From the NCBI RefSeq assembly GCF_902459465.1, contig NC_047069.1:20088001-20152000 (forward strand): a DNA stretch of 64,000 nt, in the 5' to 3' direction. A model generated the notes under the pieces. That model made no database searches, was not told where the DNA came from, and saw only the letters and a list, made by a program, of their open reading frames with translations. This stretch comes from Asterias rubens. Taxonomy: Eukaryota. Below, piece after piece: positions 61,813 through 64,000 of this stretch. How positions within the stretch are numbered: the first letter of the stretch is position 1; the number at the start of each line of letters is the position of its first letter. A program made the position numbers and the translations under genes.

Positions 61813-62260
61813 TGGAGCAAATATTCCTCTTTGGTAAAACAAAAAAATAAAAAATAAAAAGGAAACAAAATCACAGTTTAGAGTTCGATTTTTACAAACG
61901 CTTGTCAAACATCCCCTTAAAGTGTATGGATACGTTTTTTTGTATCGTAAAAAAACCTAACCCACGCGCATTTTCGATCAGATTGGGAGAACTATTACTT
62001 AGGCGCGTTATTTATACAACCTTTACAGTGGTACGTGTTTGTTGAAAATGCGCAAAGGGGTCTCATGAGCTTATTGAATCGATATGAGTGACATTTTGTA
62101 ATGCGCGGTCATTTATCGTGCCCATTGACGCCTTGGAAACTATTTACCGCGAATACAACATATTTTACAAAGTCATGAGCTCAGAAAAATCTGCCTGGAA
62201 ATATCTGGCCCAAAATTGATGCGTTTTTATCTCCAAACAAGTTGAAACTTGCCTTATTAA

Positions 62261-62611
62261 AGGCACTGTGGACATCTTTGGAAGTTGTCGAAGACCAGTC
62301 GTATCACTCCTCGTGTTTCAACATTATGCACAAAAATTGGTAGTCAAAGTTCCGAGAAATCCTGGAACAAAACACTCTTGTCGCACAAGTTGTGTGCTTT
62401 CAGATGCCTTTAATTTGAGACCTCGGCTGAGTTCTCGAATTAAATTCAAATATTTTAGTGGGAAGTTACTTCTTCCTCAAAGACTACGTTACTTCAGAGG
62501 GAGCCGTTTCTCACAATGTTTTATACTATCAACAGCTCTCCATCGGTCATTACCGAGTAAGTTTTTATGCTAACAATTATTTTGAGTAATAACCAATAAG
62601 GTCCAGTGCCT
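62261..62611 (+). mobile_element. Kolobok-type MITE family A
   Basis: TTAA on both sides. Confidence 0.85.
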
Positions 62612-64000
62612 TTAAAGACATTCGTATTTTATATCCTCGTCCAATATTATGCAAACATTGGATGCACATGAGTACAATGACGTAGAATGCAATCACGAGG
62701 TAAAATCTTGACCATTATTATCTACGACAATGAAAGAACGAAATGCATTCAACAATTTGTTTTATATAAGTCAGACCTAGCTCCTTGACATTTGAAGAAA
62801 ATAATATAAAATATAACAATATAAAAAAGACACAGAAACTAGCCCAGGCCACACTGAAGTGGGCGTTTCCCTTTTAACATGCAAACAGTCATGTTTGTAC
62901 ATGGATGGGTGGTCTCGTGCTCCTGACAAATTCGGTTTTGGTTTTAACTCACTACCAATTATCATTGGCAAATTTGCAATACATCAAATGAAAGCATAGT
63001 ATTGTCTACTCCATAAAACAGAATAATAATTAGCAAACCATTAATAGTGGTTATTTCACTTGAAAGGGTTGGTCTGTCAAATAAAGATCGGTATAGAATT
63101 CTATTGGGAAAGAGAGGTGATCGTGGCGCAATTATTTCGAGTCTAAAATAACCCCAGTGGTATATGACTATAGCTTGACACATTTTGTTGCAACATTAAA
63201 AGACAATCCGTTGGTCTATGAAGTATAGTTATGGATAGCATGCTGTAAAAAGAGTGAAATAGTCTTGCCAAAAAATACCCTACAGGTCTACTGGGATTAT
63301 TGCGTTATAGTGTGACATTTTGTTGCAACCTGAAAAGACAATCCGACAAAATTTTACTGTCATTGATGTACCTAAATGATCACCCATGACAGATGAGAGG
63401 GCTTGCATTGCTTCAATGAACACAATCACTTATTTTTTTTTTATAAACTGGGGATTTACAGAAAGCTTTTAGCGCAGTGCGTCAGTACATTTGGCAATTT
63501 GCTGAACACACATTTTGATCTATGAGTACAATGCATTTAAATGGATGCAGTTGCATAATTGCCAGGATGTATTTGAGAACCAATTTTAGCCGCATCATCG
63601 AGTTGTCGAGACTTCCACAGAATATAAACACGATTTACCTTCAGAGGGAATCGTGGGCTAAGGGAAAATGACAGTCACAATCAGTTTTTAGGACTAAAGA
63701 TAAACTCTCTAAGCAATAGCTCAATTTGCGCTTTGACGTGTTTAGCCGACCGTGAAGATAATTGTGGATTAGTAGTTCTCTTTAATGGCTTTGTTTCAAA
63801 TTGTGTATAAGGAATTTTGGTTTTATTTTTAGTGTGGAAATTTAATTCGAAGAACTCGCACATTTGGTAATTGTCAAAAACATTTTTTGAATGACCACAG
63901 CAGTCCAGATGGAAGATCTGTTAGTGGCCCTGGCACGTATCAAAAGTTAATAACATTTTAGAACAAGCCATAAGTGGGATTATGCAATCGTCAAGAAACT

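Overview
This is AT-rich, repeat-dense eukaryotic DNA, inferred from its repeat and GPCR types to be a marine deuterostome, most likely an echinoderm. No operon, rRNA, true tRNA or CRISPR array is supported. The only well-supported host gene is a class A (rhodopsin-like) GPCR with an intronless CDS (57825-59003, +) and atypical DRY and CWxP motifs. The rest is a mosaic of mobile DNA: at least 19 copies of one TTAA-flanked Kolobok-type MITE family (family A) plus five related families (one with a THAP relic); hAT-, Harbinger- and ISL2EU-like MITEs; and non-LTR retrotransposons (a recent 5'-truncated R4/Dong-like RT-RLE element, plus L2, Rex1/Babar, RTE, a Tx1/L1-like 3' end and SINEs). There are also Penelope-like terminal sequences with a minimal hammerhead ribozyme motif, and several minisatellites. 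The most unusual signals are: (1) two non-coding elements with an A...A'-AACAAA-B...B' architecture, in which one internal site is complementary to both termini (Crypton/DIRS-like logic); (2) fold-back inverted duplications at the 5' truncation points of retroelements; (3) locally templated insertions with microhomology; (4) the R4-like element inserted tail-to-tail into an L2 (TAA)n tail. There is a 268-N assembly gap at 55270-55537. Family names are recognised from motifs and have not been checked by database search. MITE family letters are my own labels and MITE strands are relative.
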